DNA of 64,000 nucleotides from Vicugna vicugna (taxonomy: Eukaryota), in contig MU058844.1 of NCBI GenBank assembly GCA_013265495.1, forward strand, positions 6,261,260-6,325,259. The letters run 5' to 3'. The notes below the pieces were generated by a model. The model searched no databases and was not told the DNA's origin. It saw only the letters and a list, made by a program, of their open reading frames with translations. A program made the position numbers and the translations under genes. Shown here piece by piece: positions 39,197 to 53,384 of this stretch (the stretch's first letter is position 1; each line of letters opens with the position of its first letter).

Positions 39197-42100
39197 TTAC
39201 ACATTGTTAAAAACTTATACTATTGTTGGATCAGGAGAGAGACTTCTAGAAAACAAACTGAAAATAATAACGGCAGGTTAAAAATCACTTGGGCAAATGA
39301 ACGTCATTCATTCTCCAGTTGTTGGGCTGAACTTAAGAGCCAAAACAGTAAGAACTGTGGGTTATCATCTCCACTCAGTGTAAGTTGAAAGGTGAGGAAT
39401 GGCAAGTTCCCAGATGGCTTTAGTTTGATTTGGCTCTGAAATACAAATACTTTCCTCTTAAAGGGAAAATGATATTTCAGCATTTCTGTTCCCATGGAAA
39501 AAAAATGAAGAATTGTAAATCTTTGAAGAGGAAGTTCAACTTCACCAAGCTTTTAGCCACACTTTCAAATGGCTAAAATTAAATCCCCTTATGTTTGGAC
39601 AAATACTTACGAATATTTCCATTTCTAACCAATGGTAATGAATTTAGATTTTTTTAAAAAGTTTTTCTCCTTAAAACTTATTTAAATAAAATAGCTGTTT
39701 CTTAAGCAAGCTACTGAAATACAGTAGCCATAAAAGATAAATTTGGCTCTATTTTGAGCTGCCAAGTTCAATTTCATAAATTATCTAAGTTTTCTGAAGT
39801 GTGCACTGGAAAATATTTCCTAAAAGTGTGTATAGATTATTATTAAAGCATGTTAATAAATGTCTTATTTCTTAATATATCAGGATGACATAGCTTTTCA
39901 CAAAGAACTACACGGGTATGTAAAATAATTTCCCATGGCTATATATGTGAACGAGAATGAACTTAAATAGATACATTTTTTAAAATTTAGAAATCTATTT
40001 TGCAATAAAGAATAAATAGTAACTCTTTTCCACTACAGTGTACACATGCTGATTTTATTTTTGCATGTATTTTAAAGATTAATAGTTTAAATTAATATAT
40101 ATTTTCCTTACTTTTGTTGGTTCAGCTAAGCCATTCAAACATCAAATATAAAAAAAACCTTTTTGTATTAAATGTATACAAATACATTTTTAACTGAGGG
40201 ATAAATGTATCCCTTTGAATGATCAACGATTTCATACATCAGTCAAAAGCTTGTCATCATTAATCTCATGTTCTAGTATTTTCCACTAGACTGTCATAGA
40301 AAAAGACAACACATGATCAATAACTGTGCCCTGAAAGGCTACTCAACATCAAAAGAATCTTTCACTACTTAACACCAGGGGTCTTGTTCATGCTATCTCT
40401 GATGAGGATTAATATTTTTAAGATGATATTCATCCATCTCTCTTCTAGCACTTGTAAATTTCCATTCATTAAGATGATTAACCAATATCAAAGAAATTCC
40501 TTATGTAGCAGGCCAAAGCTGGTATCTGCTTTCTGTCCAAGACAATGAGGCTGATGCCATATCTATATGTATAGATGGTTTCTTTAGCATCTACTCTTTT
40601 GTTTCTGTACTGTAAGGCTTTATAACTGAAATTGTTTCACTATTTTACTTCTGTTTCTTTCCTTCTACCCATTTCCCCTTTCTCTTTCTCTTGTTGTATG
40701 GTTATCACCTACTGTAGCCTGTACAACTATTCTGAGTTCTTGCATCTCTGGTCTTCTATTACATCAGCAATGATTAAATTAAAGTATTTTTGGCGTTGGT
40801 GGTAGTGTTCATGTTGTAACTTTGGGTTACAATTTCCAGATGCTCTGTGACAACTTTTTTTCCTAGTGAATTTTATTCTAGAGAGTTTTTCTCATATTTA
40901 TGGAAGTTTTGTAACTTCAACTTTTTCATGTAATGTATTTTTTTAAAATTTTAGTAAAACATATTTAATACAGATGGATTTATCTGGATAACTATTAGCA
41001 GATGATTTCTCTTTGTGCGTGGTTGAGGGGTGTGTAGCAGAGTGGGAGGACAAGGAAAGGGCTAGGATAGCTTCTAAGTTTACAGTCCTGGATCCTGTCC
41101 CTCTAGGTATGCAGGATTTTGTAAAATTATTTAAATTCTATGGTCTTTGTAGAATTGTGATTATTTCACTGGTTTGTTGTGAAGAAAAAGTCAAGCATAG
41201 TTCTGCTTATATAATGAACATGCAGTGTATGGAAATTCTCATTCTAGCTTTCCTCTGACTTGATTTGACTGTGCTATAAAAGTTAGAAAATGGTTAGCTT
41301 CTATTGATGCATACATTTAAACCCAGAAAGCAAATAAATGTTGGATTACGAATAGCCAAAATTTTGCCCTGATAATTCTGTGTACTTTCTTTGGCATCAG
41401 TTTCATTGCCTTGCACAGAAAGCAGATACTAGCTTTGGCCTGCTCCATAAGGAAATTCTTTGATATTTGTTAATCATCTTAATGAATGGAAATTTACAGA
41501 TGCTGGAAGAGGGTTGGATGAATATCATCTTAAAAGTATTAATCCTCATCAGAGATAGCACAAACAAGACCCTTGGCTTTAAGTAGTGAAAGATGTTTTT
41601 TCGACGTGGAGTAGCCTTTCAGGGCACAGTTATTGATCATGTGTTGCCTTTATTTCTATGACAGTCCAGTGGAAAATGCTAGTACAGTTACCCTGAGATT
41701 AAAGATTATAAAATATTATAATGTAGAGAGACTAGCCCTAACTGATAGTAAGACAGCAAACATAAAGTTGCTTTGTGGATTAAAGGTAAGTAAATAGTAA
41801 ATTTATAAACCTAAATGGAGGCTTTGGTTATTTTTTTATATATCTAATATGTTAAGAGCATTGTAGAAAGATAGCACAAAGACATACCCAAGGCAGTTTC
41901 TAATTCAGAAGCATATAATTTAGTAAAGACCTAAAGCAAAATTAAGGACAAACTTAAATTTTAATATAGAAAATGAATGATAATAAACAGTTAGATGATT
42001 TCAGAAGACGTAGTAATTATTTTCCATTTGAGTAATATACAAAATGAGTATTATAATCTCAAATTAGTATTTATAATTAAGGTTGCTATGCATAAATCCT

Positions 42101-43030
42101 TATTCATTTAGAAATAAATGCCCTTGGCATCTAAAACCATGGAAAATTGACTTTTCAATCTCAGGCAGTAATTCACCACCAAAGAAAAATATACAATTCT
42201 GCTTTCAGAAAGCCATAATTAATTGTCAGGACCAATAAAACTGATCATTTAGTCAATTTTCAGAATTGCTACTGAGTATAATTTTATGGTCATGTCTAAA
42301 TCTGAAGTGAAATAAATTATTATTGAATAAACTGAGAATTTTTTTTTCCCAGGATGATTTGGATTTGATGCTTATACTGATTGGATGAATGAATCCCTTG
42401 GCACAGCCAGAATATATCCAAAGAACAAACTCAGAAGAAGTTATTATTCTTGAATTCCAGTTTTCTCAAAATAGCTCATCATAGTTGCAAGGGTTCCACC
42501 ACTTTTGTTCTTTCAAAAGATTAACAGTCGATTGGATGCTGACCAAACAGGATAAAATGAGTACTGTAGACTTTAACTTATACTTTATCTAATGGGAGAG
42601 TCTGTCATGTTGTCCTGGGCACTCTGGCAAAGAGGGAGATGTTAAATGCTTGTCTGTGCCTAACGCTGGGCTCAACAGTCCTAAAGCCTTGAATTCCCTA
42701 GTAGGGTTAGCTAGAGAGTCTGTCATGGATACTTAGTTCTCTAGGAAAACATTTAAAAGCAACTTCTAATTGGCCTCATGCAATGGTAAAAGGTTAGCCA
42801 GAGGAGGTCTGTTTAGACAGGAAGGTGTTCAGTTAGGCCTGGAAACCTCCTGCAACAATCGGTAGAATTCTTCTAACTGGAATATGGTGTTTAAACCTAA
42901 CAGACATTATTTTAGATATTCACATTCACCCTGCACACCCTTGCCCCTGCTCACCCATGTTCACCAAAGTTTGATTAATTATATATCTTAAATACAGAGA
43001 GTAACAGCAACATTTTATTTTCTCATCTGT

Positions 43031-43131
43031 TCATATATATCTCCAGTAAACATACTAGAGATATATATATAGAGATATATATATATACTGGAGATATAAA
43101 TATACTGGAGAGAGATATATATATATATAAT
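43031..43131. repeat. Compound (TA)n / tactggagata repeat with inverted symmetry
   Basis: atatatatctccagta followed by three tact(a/g)gaga copies separated by (TA)n. Confidence 0.85.
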
Positions 43132-43524
43132 GACTGTGAAATTTTAGGTCTTGTATTACATCATAGTTCTAAATAAATCAACATTCATTATTTTATTTAA
43201 CAGAGATTTACATTTTAGCTCTATGCCAAGCACTAGAAATGGAAAGATCTAGAAGATATTCTTGCTCCCCTTATGAATATTAGTCAAGGAGAGAAACACA
43301 TGAACAATATAAGTAAAATATAGAGGAGATTAAAAATAAGCCAATATGATCACTCAAGTGGCAGAGCAAAGCATACATTAAGACGGGGATTGGCTGAAGG
43401 CAAGAAAACATCGAGGTGTGTATAACTCAGTGGTCCAAGGTAGGGATTGTGAGGCCTTAGAAGAAGGCAACAGCCATGAATCAGGAGGTACCACCAGAAA
43501 GTAACGATGATGGTGAGAATCCTG

Positions 43525-43770
43525 ACAATAAGAGCTAACACTGAGTGCTCATTCTTTATTTGCCAGATACCATGGTAAGAACTTTATAGTTAGCACATTT
43601 AGATCAACTTGAAGGTGTTCATTCAATTTTTATCTCCATTTTACAAATGAGAAAACTAAGGCACTGAGCAGTCAAGTATCTTCCCCAAGGTGGCACCAAT
43701 AGTAAACAGAGGCCCGGTTGAGCTAGTTGGAATTCAAACTCAAACAAGGACTCTAGAGTCTGTTTTCATC
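43525..43770 (-). mobile_element. MIR SINE
   Basis: 'tatctccattttacaaatgagaaaactaaggcactgagcagtcaagtatcttccccaaggtggcac...ggaattcaaactca'. Confidence 0.85.
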
Positions 43771-43829
43771 CCTAGGAAATCATTGGAAACAAAGAAAAAC
43801 ATGAGCCCCCGATTTTTCTTAGATGACCA

Positions 43830-44620
43830 CATGGAAAGCATGCTAGTATTAAAGGTACAACTTGAGGAGAAGGAGCATGATGGGAGTGGAGGGGAAGAGA
43901 TAAAGTTACTTCCGATCACACTGAATTTGAGGGTCTTAAAGGAGATCAAAATGGGGTAGGCTGCTGTTAGAAATGGGAATCTGGATGTGGAAGAGGGTTG
44001 AAAATGAGATAGGTGTTTGGAGGGCACCGGTACTGAAGTCATAAACTCAGCCAAGAGTAAGTGGAGTCAGAAGAGATCCCAGAATGGAGCTATGGACTAA
44101 ATCAGTATTATGTAGACAGAGGAAGGTGAGCTCTGGGCTGCACACCGCAGGCCTGCAAGCCTTGTAGTTGCCCAGCTTGGAGACCGAAGAAAGAGCCCCA
44201 GAAACAGCAACAGAGACATTAATGGTTTTTTGTTTAGGGGATCTTATGAGTCTGAAGCCAAGAGGGTCCTGGAGTGACACCACAGGACACAGCCAGCAAT
44301 CTTCAGTACCCGCGGGAGAAGGAGGCCACCATTTACAGGGGAAATCAAAGACAAGTTGGCTCATCAATTACCAGGGAAACGAGCAGCCAGAGCAGGGGGC
44401 AAGCACGTAGGCAGTTACTGATTAAGCCCTATAATTAAGAAGACTGGATAGTCATGTGAGTGAGGGGATGGACAGGGAGCAAGAGAGCAGCCATCCTGAA
44501 TGGCCTGACACACAGTGAGCTGGTAAAGAATTCGAAATCAAATGGTGGGGGGAGGGTAACGGGGAGAGGATTCAAAGGAGTGTAAACATCAAGTATAGGG
44601 AAAAGATGAGGATAAATTTC
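43830..44620 (-). mobile_element. L2 relic (continues from about 43180-43420)
   Basis: 'cactgaatttgagggtcttaaaggagatcaaaatggggtaggctgctgttagaaatgggaatctgga...' fits the purine-rich antisense L2 pattern. Confidence 0.5.
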
Positions 44621-45834
44621 ACATTGTAGTTAAATGGTAATCCCGAATGTCTGAATAAATAACCAAATGCTTAAAATGGCACAGGGGAAAGGCTAATTAC
44701 TTTACATGGTGATAAAGAGGTAAAAAAAAATATGGATAGAGCAAATTAAATTATCCTTTCAAGTGCTCTACCTCAAGTATACCATCCTACTCGTGGAGTC
44801 CTATGATTATCTTTGCTACTTCTATCAGTACTTTGTACCTGTTCTCAATCAAAATCTGATATGGAGTCAAGCACCTCCGTTGGATTATGGAGCAGTTAAA
44901 CCATCAGAAGTGGTGACACTATGAAAAACAAAACTAAACAAAATGTTAAAATCATAAAAGGAACCACAAGGGTAGGGTTAAGCAGAGACTACTTAGGTAA
45001 ATCATTTAAAAACACTAAATTTGTTCAAATCAGTTTATGTCTATATAGGCTTTCAACCAGAAGGAATCACTGAATGTTAGAGACAGGTGGAAATTAAATA
45101 AGGAAATCAAGGCCTGCAGAACTAAAATAATTTGCTAAAAGTCACACAGCTTTTGCTGGTAGAATGTAAACCAGAGCGTGTCTCCTTGCAACATCAGTGT
45201 TCTTTTGGCTACACTATAACAAGCCCTTATAAATGCTGTAGTCTCAATCGTTTGAACTTGCACCTGAAAACTCTCATACAACCTCAATGAGTCAACTACA
45301 TTAAGTATTTCTATGTAGACTGATAAATAAATTGACATGTTTGATTGTGTGTATGACTTAATGCTGAATATGTTACCACTCTTTCATTATTAGTCTTGCA
45401 TCTAGTAGGTAAAATGATTGGTTAATTAGTGAAGAGACTGGCTTTCAAGGAGGATGCTAATTTCCAAGGTGTGTTCGAAAAGATAAATCATCATTACTGA
45501 TGACCATTGGTTTCTTGGCATTTGGCATAGCGATTAGCCTCTATAATGAGCCAAGAAGAGCCTGCTTACAACAATGCTCACAAGGGCTGGAAATTTTCCT
45601 CCTTAGCAATGTAAATATGTCTGTGTAAAGGCCTTACATTCCTTCATAATGTATAGTCCAAGAGCACTTCTAAATTCACTTTTAAAAAAAAGTACCTCAA
45701 ATTTAGGGAAACTGGGTAATTTTGTTCTAACATTTGCTTCCAAAGAAAGGAAATGAGGGGAAAGAATCCAAAACTTAAACCTTTAAGTTTTTGAAAAAGT
45801 GGTATCACCTTACATATATAGTGTAGTTTACAAC

Positions 45835-46329
45835 TGTATATGGCTATGCTAGTTAGCTCGGAGAAACAGAAGATGCAGAAAGTCTCTTTTTCCTTCCCCT
45901 TAACTGCCTAAAAGAATTTAGATAAAGGCCTATTCCTGGAACAGAACTATCACCAGAAATATCTGCAAAGAAGATGGGCTGGTGTGATGGGGAAAGAGAG
46001 TAGACTCTTGTGTCCCATTGTCTCTGCACAGCCCAGCAAATATTTGTTTACCAAACATTTGCTCTTCCATCTCAATGTGAATTGCCTTTATCCCCTTTGA
46101 AGACCCAAACCGGTACCCCCAACATCCTCTTTGGTCTTTGGGTAAAGATGGTATTTAAGCTAAGGGCTTTGGCCATTTTGGTGAATTACTTAGTTTTCCT
46201 GGGTCTCTCCCATGTATACATGTAATTAAACTTTCATTTATTATTCTTCTATTAATCTGCCTCATGGCAATTTAGTTCTGAGACCAGCCAGAAGGACTTA
46301 GGTAGAGGAAAATTTCTTCCTCTGTAACA
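45835..46329 (+). mobile_element. ERV1 solo LTR (MER34/MER39-like)
   Basis: tg...ca ends; 'ccttaactgcctaaaagaatttagataaagg', TATA-like 'ggtatttaag', 'catgtaattaaactt', ends 'gtagaggaaaatttcttcctctgtaaca'. Confidence 0.75.
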
Positions 46330-48349
46330 CTATTACCAAAGTCTGTATTTTAAGCCTTCTTAATATAAGCCGTGAACTAAAATTGCAATGTTTCTCATCC
46401 TAAAATGCAAGAGAAATTTTTTTAAACTACAGATAAGGATACTAGCATTTTTATCACTGAAACAAAAGTATTTGATGTAAGTAAAGAAAATGACACTTTT
46501 TTTGCTGAGAAAATACTCCCTGATGTAAATTAAAACATATTAGATTTACAGTAAGCTCAGAACAAGTAGACACAAAAAACTTTAGAGGATTAAGGTTAGC
46601 AGCTGGTAAAATTAACTGTTAGGAATGATTTGGGAGGGATCTGAAAAAGAAGAAAACTTACATTAAGATCAATTATAAAACTGGCCAAGTAGGTAAAATT
46701 TACAAAGGCCAGGGCTCAGGCTTAGCACAAACAAGAATCTATACTGGAATTTGGGAGTTAGAATTTCTCAGTGAACTCATGATTTCAAAATGTCAAGTTG
46801 GAAATTTTTACTACAAAATAAGCTCCTCTGGAGAAGGGACTATGAATTAAAATGTCTTTTTTTTTAAACTATTACTTTCACTTATTTCCATATAGTAAGC
46901 ACTCAATAAATGCTTGTTGAGTAAGTAGTGAAGTCTCTCCTTGATAATAAACTGTTGCTCTAGAAATGTTTTGTTTCTCCTTTTAGAAATCCTGATTCTT
47001 TCTTGAGGCATGTGTATCCCTGATACACTGATTTAAACGATGCTGAGGATTGCAAGTTACTAGAGAAATGCAGGTCTACCTCCTGTTGCTATCTTACCCA
47101 GCACAGCTTAGGGGAGACATTCCAGGAAGTCGCTTTTCTTCCATGTGTTTTCATCACTTTATCTTTCAAGATAAAAGGAGAGAGGAGAGATTAACCAAGA
47201 GAAATGAAAACTGTCAGTGGATACAAGGTATATGAGTACAACTTACATAAACAACCAACCAAGCCCAATCAGAATGGGAGACCTTGACGCCAGCCTAGCA
47301 GGAGTGTTCCCTAGAGTAAGGTCCTAGACTTTGCCAGCTATTTCTCTAGAGTCCTCAGAGTCCCTGTCTTCTTCTCGCAAAGTCTTAATTCCTCTTCTCA
47401 AACTCCCGCTCTTCCATTCCCAGTGACCTAAGATATCACAGTTCCTCTCCACTCACCCCACCCCCACGCCTGAGTATAACCAGTATTTTCCCCTGGGAAT
47501 TTTGACTATTTAATAAGTATTGCCTTTTTAATAGAAAAGATGTTTATTGACCAAATATTTTGTGAATATACCTCCATGTGAAACAAATCATGTAAAATGA
47601 CTTATCAGCTAAAAATTCTTTTCCAAGGTAATTTGAAACCGAAGTCAGATTTGGCTGAAGTGCAGACGATCTAGTTTTCTTTAACCTACAAATATGTAGT
47701 AGTTGAATTCCACAGAAGGATTTGGCAATGCAGTAATATGTTTCTAACCAGGCCTAATTTCTTGCTATTACGAGTGGTTTCTGGTCAAAGTATTACAGTC
47801 AGCACATTGTAAAAGACATTTGGGAGAGCAGCTTACTTAGTGCCAAGCTGGAATTGAAATTTCATTCCTGGTAGCCTATCTGCACACATCTCTAAAGGCA
47901 TCCTAGTTTGATACTGCGACAAACACAAACAAAGGAGGAATCAGAGTAGGAAAGCAATCTGTTTTCGTGGTTTGTTTTCAAACTGGCTTTCTCCACTTGG
48001 GCGAACAAACCAACACACAATCAAAATGAGTGCTACCCGGAGAAGGGAGTGAAATTTAAGATAACTTACAGCGCAGCAAACTCAAAAATGTAACATTCAC
48101 AAACCATTTTTAAAGCCTGTAATTTGTGTTGGAATGATTCCGAGTGACGGGCCTTTCATACGGCTGAGCCTGGATGCTGTCAGGGCTCAGCCTTTCCTTT
48201 CGGTTTCTCAAGACTTCTGAAGGCTCCTCGGGCGGCACTGAGGCTCGAGCTCTCTCTTCACGGACTTCTTCCTAAAGCGCGTAAGGCTCAGGAGCCTATC
48301 AGGGGCTGCGCGTTGTGCCGGACTCCGCGGACGCCAGGATGAAGAAGGC

Positions 48350-48590
48350 GTGGTTCCTGACCCCGGACTGCGTGGATTCAAATGTGGACACAAATACTTG
48401 CTGATGAATTGACCTTGAGCAAGTTATTCAATCACTTTAAGCCTCAGTTTCCAGATCTTTAAAACACAGAGAAAACGAATATCTACTCTTTAGGAGCTGT
48501 TGCCTGATGAAATGAGAAATCTGTATCAAGCTGTCTGGCACAGCACCTGCCCCGTGGTGGGTACTCAGTGCGCGTCGTGCATTATTACCG
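48350..48590 (+). mobile_element. MIR SINE
   Basis: 'tgaccttgagcaagttattcaatcactttaagcctcagtttccagatcttt aaaa...ctggcacagcacctgccccgtggtgggtactcagt'. Confidence 0.8.
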
Positions 48591-51098
48591 GGGCCACTTT
48601 TACACTCGATAACACAGGGCTATAGTCTTTTCCCCCAGAAAATTCTATTACATAAAATGGGCAGCAGTGCAGATTTTTTAATTCTTATTTTTCCTTATGC
48701 CTCTTTAGGTATAGAAAGCCAAATGTATGTGGGCTGTCTGTGATGTCTAAACTCATTTTTCTTTTAATGGCCTGTTCTGTTAAAACTAGCCTAATGATCA
48801 TAGTCTGCTCATCACTGAATCGGTTGTACAGTGAATCTAAATCTGTAGGTTATAATTTTGAAAATCGCAGCTCAGATAAAATTGCTTTTCATTGATTTTG
48901 TGAAATGAAAACAGCATCGTATAATATTAATTTTCTGCAATAGCCTTAGTAACCTAGAGTTTAACAATGGCCCATGACATTTTTTTAAAGTTAAAGATCT
49001 ATCGACTTGTTCACTTGCTCTTTTACTGTGAGAAAACAAAGGCTCTAACTGCAAGTAAATTTCATCTGAAGACTCTGAAAATAAGACTTCTGCTAAAACA
49101 TGCAGATACTATCAAATTTTTTCTATATTTTCTAAATATGTGATAATGATTCAGTTGTCATACTTCATCCTTTGGTCATATTTTAAAACATCTTTATTAT
49201 AGGACATAAAATATTTTTCAGAGGGATAAAACCTAGAGTTATAGGTGTTAAAGGAAATTTGGAAAAGTTATGAAGTGATATGGAATCTCTGTACCTAAGT
49301 GAAACAGAAACATCTTTGATGCTAGTATCTTTATTACACCCAACCACAGTCATTTCTTTTTAAACTTTTGTAGGAAAGAAACAATTTCAGTTCAGTATTA
49401 GATTATGCAATGGGGCCCAAAATGTATAACTTCGTTTAGAAACCTTTGTCTGCTCCTTTTGGCTGAATGGGTTTCTATATAATATATCTAAACAGGTTTT
49501 AAATGAAAACAACCTGTTTTTACAAACTCATCAATCATTTTAGCATCCAATCCAATCCATGGTTGGTACCATGAATACACATTTAAAAGTCTTACTAAAA
49601 CTTTGTATTTAGCAATATTTATAAACTACTTTATTAAATTTTATTTAATTTTTATTAAATGTTATTCCCTTATGAATATAGATTATCAAAATGATAAAGA
49701 ATTAAATGAGATTTCTATGTAGATCTGTAGTTCTTAATCTAAAATATTCAACTTAAAATTTAATAAAAAAGAATATAGAAAGCATGCATGAGCTATGTAT
49801 ATAAAACAATTTATATGTATATAAAAACAACACAAAGAGCACGGTAATCACCTGACACTGAATGCAGCACTAGATAACATAAATCCATAAATAGCTTTAT
49901 GAATCTATATATAGTTAGAATCTTCATATAGTTAGACAGTTGAGGAATTCTATAATTCAGAGAAATCTGAGTTCTATAGGACCAGAGAAACATAAATCTG
50001 GCCTTAGTAAGGATTTGCCTAAAAAGTTGGGGGCTAGACAACCATCCCACTTCCTTATCTCTTTTAGACCAGATAGTGGGTTTTTTGCAAAAATGAATTA
50101 AGTGTTCAGAAAATTCATTAAATTTTTAAAAACTTTCTTTTACAATTTCATCAGAGAATAAACTTGTAGGAAGGAGATTTGTGGAAGATTTCATTTTAAG
50201 CATCCTGCTAGCAGAAAGGAAAAGTAAAGTCAGCTCCACCCTGAATATTTGGACTAACATTCTTTAGGGACAGGCCAAAATCAACATCGTGTTCCTGGGC
50301 TGCTGAACTTGTTTTGTGACCCATCAATTGGCCTTACATCTGGGTTGGCTGCTAATCTAGCTAGTTACTCATTCTCAGTAAAGAATGAACTTTTGATTTT
50401 GACATAACCCTTATTTTGATTTGGAAAATATGAAAAAAAAAACAGTGTGATGAAATTAATTTCTTTGCAACAGTAACTTTTGTTATGCTAAATATATTTT
50501 TTAGCACATTAGATGAGTGATATTGAGCATACAACAAAAATCACAGCATACACAAAGAATATCCATTTCCTGTAGCTAACAAGTAATCATCAGAAGAAGC
50601 CATGTTGTGTTTACTGACTCAGTTTCCATCCTTGAGGTATCATTTATATTTTCCCAGGTTAATTTTGTACTGATGCAATTTTGTTCATTATTTATGCCCA
50701 CTTCACAAGTGTCCTTATAACTTTCGCATTGCTCCATTTGGGTAATACCTGTAACATATCTAAATGAGAGACCTAAATCAAAACACTGGAATTTTTCTTA
50801 TTTTCAGATGCATCTTTAATTTTTAACTATCTTGATTCTTTTGTCTCTGCTCTATGTCGACATAGCTCCAAAATAACATTTGAAAAAAATTTTTTGTGTA
50901 ATTAAAAAAAAATGGTGGTTTGGATGCCTAACCAAAAGTTTAGTTGAGAAAACTTTCCTTTTAATTGATTTAATTTCCAAATAAACATATCTAGTAGTGA
51001 ATGTCTCTTTGGGAATTCAGATGATCTGTTTCCAACATTTATCATTTTTGAAAAATGGTGACAAAAAATTATATCACTGTCCACTGTCAAATGTAAAC

Positions 51099-51252
51099 AC
51101 AACACTAAAGTTTCAACAATTTTAATACTAAAGTTTCAATAAATATAAACAATACTAAAGTTTCAGCTAGTTTTCAAAATTAAAGTTTCACAATACTGAA
51201 GTTTCACAATACTAAGTTCAACACAACACTAAGTTCTAAAATAAAGTTTCAA
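51099..51252 (+). repeat. Degenerate minisatellite, core (aa)tactaaagtttca
   Basis: About 8 variably spaced copies of (c/t)actaaagtttca / actaagttc. Confidence 0.85.
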
Positions 51253-51293
51253 TTTTTATATGACTCATGGTGCTATCTAATAAGACAGCCTCT

Positions 51294-52186
51294 TTTTTTT
51301 TTTTTTACTGAAGTATAGTCAGTTTACAATGTTGTGTCAATTTCTGGTATACAGTGTAATGTTTCAGTCATCCATATACATAAGTATATTCATTTTCATA
51401 TTCTTTTTCATTATAGGTTACTGCAAGATATTGAATATAGTTCCCTGTGCTATACAGAAGAAACTTATTGTTTATCTATTTTATATGTAATAGCTAATAT
51501 CTGCAAATCTCCAACTCCTAGTTTATCCCTTCCCTCCCCCTCTCCTCCCTAGTAACCATAAGTTTGTTTCCTATGTCTGTGAGTCTATTTCTGTTTTGTA
51601 AATAAGTACATTTATGTCTTTTTTTTTAGATTCTATATATAAGGGGTCTCATATGGTATTTTTCTTTCTCTTTCTGGCTTTCTTCACTTAGAATGATCTC
51701 CAGTTCTGTCTGTTTGCTGCAAATGGCATTATTTTTATTCTTTTTATGGCTGAGTAGTATTCCATTACATAAACCTACCACAACTTCTTTATTCAGTCAT
51801 CTGCCAATGGATATTTAGGTTATTTCCATGTCTTGGCTACTGTAAATAGTGCTGCTATGAACATTGGGGTGCATGTGTCATTTTGAATTAGCGTTGCCTC
51901 CAGATAAGTGCTCAGGAGTGGGATTGCTGGATCATATGATAAGTCTATTTTTAGTTTTCTTGGAATCTCCATACTGTTTTCCATAATGGCTGCACCAAAC
52001 TACATTCCCACCAATAGTGTGGGAGGATTCTCTTTTCTCCACACCCTCTCTAGCATTTATTATTTGTGGATTTTTTAATGATGTTCATTCTGACTGATGT
52101 GACGTGATACCTCATTGTAGTTTTGATTTGCATTTCTGATAATTAGCAATATTGAGCATGTTTTCATGTGCCTATTGTCCTTTTGT
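51294..52186 (-). mobile_element. 5'-truncated lineage-specific L1 with 14-bp TSD
   Basis: Poly-T, then antisense L1 3' UTR and ORF2 end ('gtgctgctatgaacattggggtgcatg', 'ggattgctggatcatatg'); perfect TSD ataagacagcctct at 51280-51293 and 52187-52200. Confidence 0.95.
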
Positions 52187-52409
52187 ATAAGACAGCCTCT
52201 ATTGGTTTTAGTACTTTTTCAGAGAAAGGTAGACTCTCCGAGAAGACAGAGCAACATGATTTCTTTTCTGATTAAAACAACATGAAGAAGTTATACAATT
52301 TATATTTCTTAGCATGACTAAGTAATATGGAGAGAAAGAAACCAGCTTCTTGTTCTCAATGCAGATTTTGTTGTATAACATAAGGTGATTTCTGCTCTAA
52401 GAGGTCTAA

Positions 52410-52550
52410 AAGCCTTTCTACTAAAAGTGAAACTCCAGACCAGCAGTGTCAGCCTCACCTGGGAGCATGTCGACTTACTGAATTATAATCTTAAATTTAA
52501 CAAGATTCTCAAGTGAGACAGAGGCACATTATAATTTGATATTCACAAGC
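52410..52550. mobile_element. MER5A-like fragment
   Basis: 'gaccagcagtgtcagcctcacctgggagc...ttactgaattataatc...tttaacaagattctcaagtga...gcacattataatttga'. Confidence 0.6.
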
Positions 52551-53384
52551 CTAATCAAGAAAACATTTCATTATTTCACAGAACTGAAAGGCAGGTTCCA
52601 GCTTCCCAGGCAGCATCTCTGTAATTTTCTTAGCAGCTCTGGACATCATGCCTTCACATGACTTCATTCAAAGTCAGGAAGGGAAGTTTCTCTTTTTGTG
52701 TCTCTTTTTGTTGGGGAGAAAAATCTTTCACAAAAGCCCCTAAAACAAACGTCGTGGATGTTACTGGCCCCTGCCTGGTGATTCCATTAATGAGAGGATG
52801 GAAGTGTCAAGACTGGCTAAGACTAATCAACATTCAGTCTGGGGCTCCCATGGGGTCAGCTTTCACAGGCTCACAATCACACTGGGGCTCTTCCACTGAG
52901 GAAGGGGTGGGGAGAGTGGGGTGACAGGAAGGCATCCACAGTGATTCTCAACACTATTCTGATTTTTCTGGTTCTTTATCCAACAAAGACATGCCATGAG
53001 ACACAAATGATACCATCGGAATCCATTTCTGTGACTATGATTGTAATTTGAATGTCAAATAAAAGTCTTTTCTTAAGACTTACAACAATGGACTGTCACT
53101 TGTTATGGTCTGTTTATAAACGTCATGTGATTCACGGTGTGAACGTGCACAAGTTTTGTTGTTGTTTGCACTGTTATGCCTGTTGTACACTGTTATTTGT
53201 AGATTGAACAAATAAAGGTAAATATTTTCTCAAATTTAATGTGAAGACAGGACACAGTGAGAAACTCAGCAGGATGTTTAGGTTGAGTGAGTTCCATTCT
53301 CATAGTGTTTTAAAGCTCCTAAAACAGTTGGACATGGCTCATTTTTTTTAAAGCATCTTGTGTTATAGTGAAATGAGTCTACAG

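Noticed and set aside
51099..51252. CRISPR-like repeat-spacer array
   Set aside because: Mammalian DNA, repeats too short, spacers tiny and irregular, no cas genes
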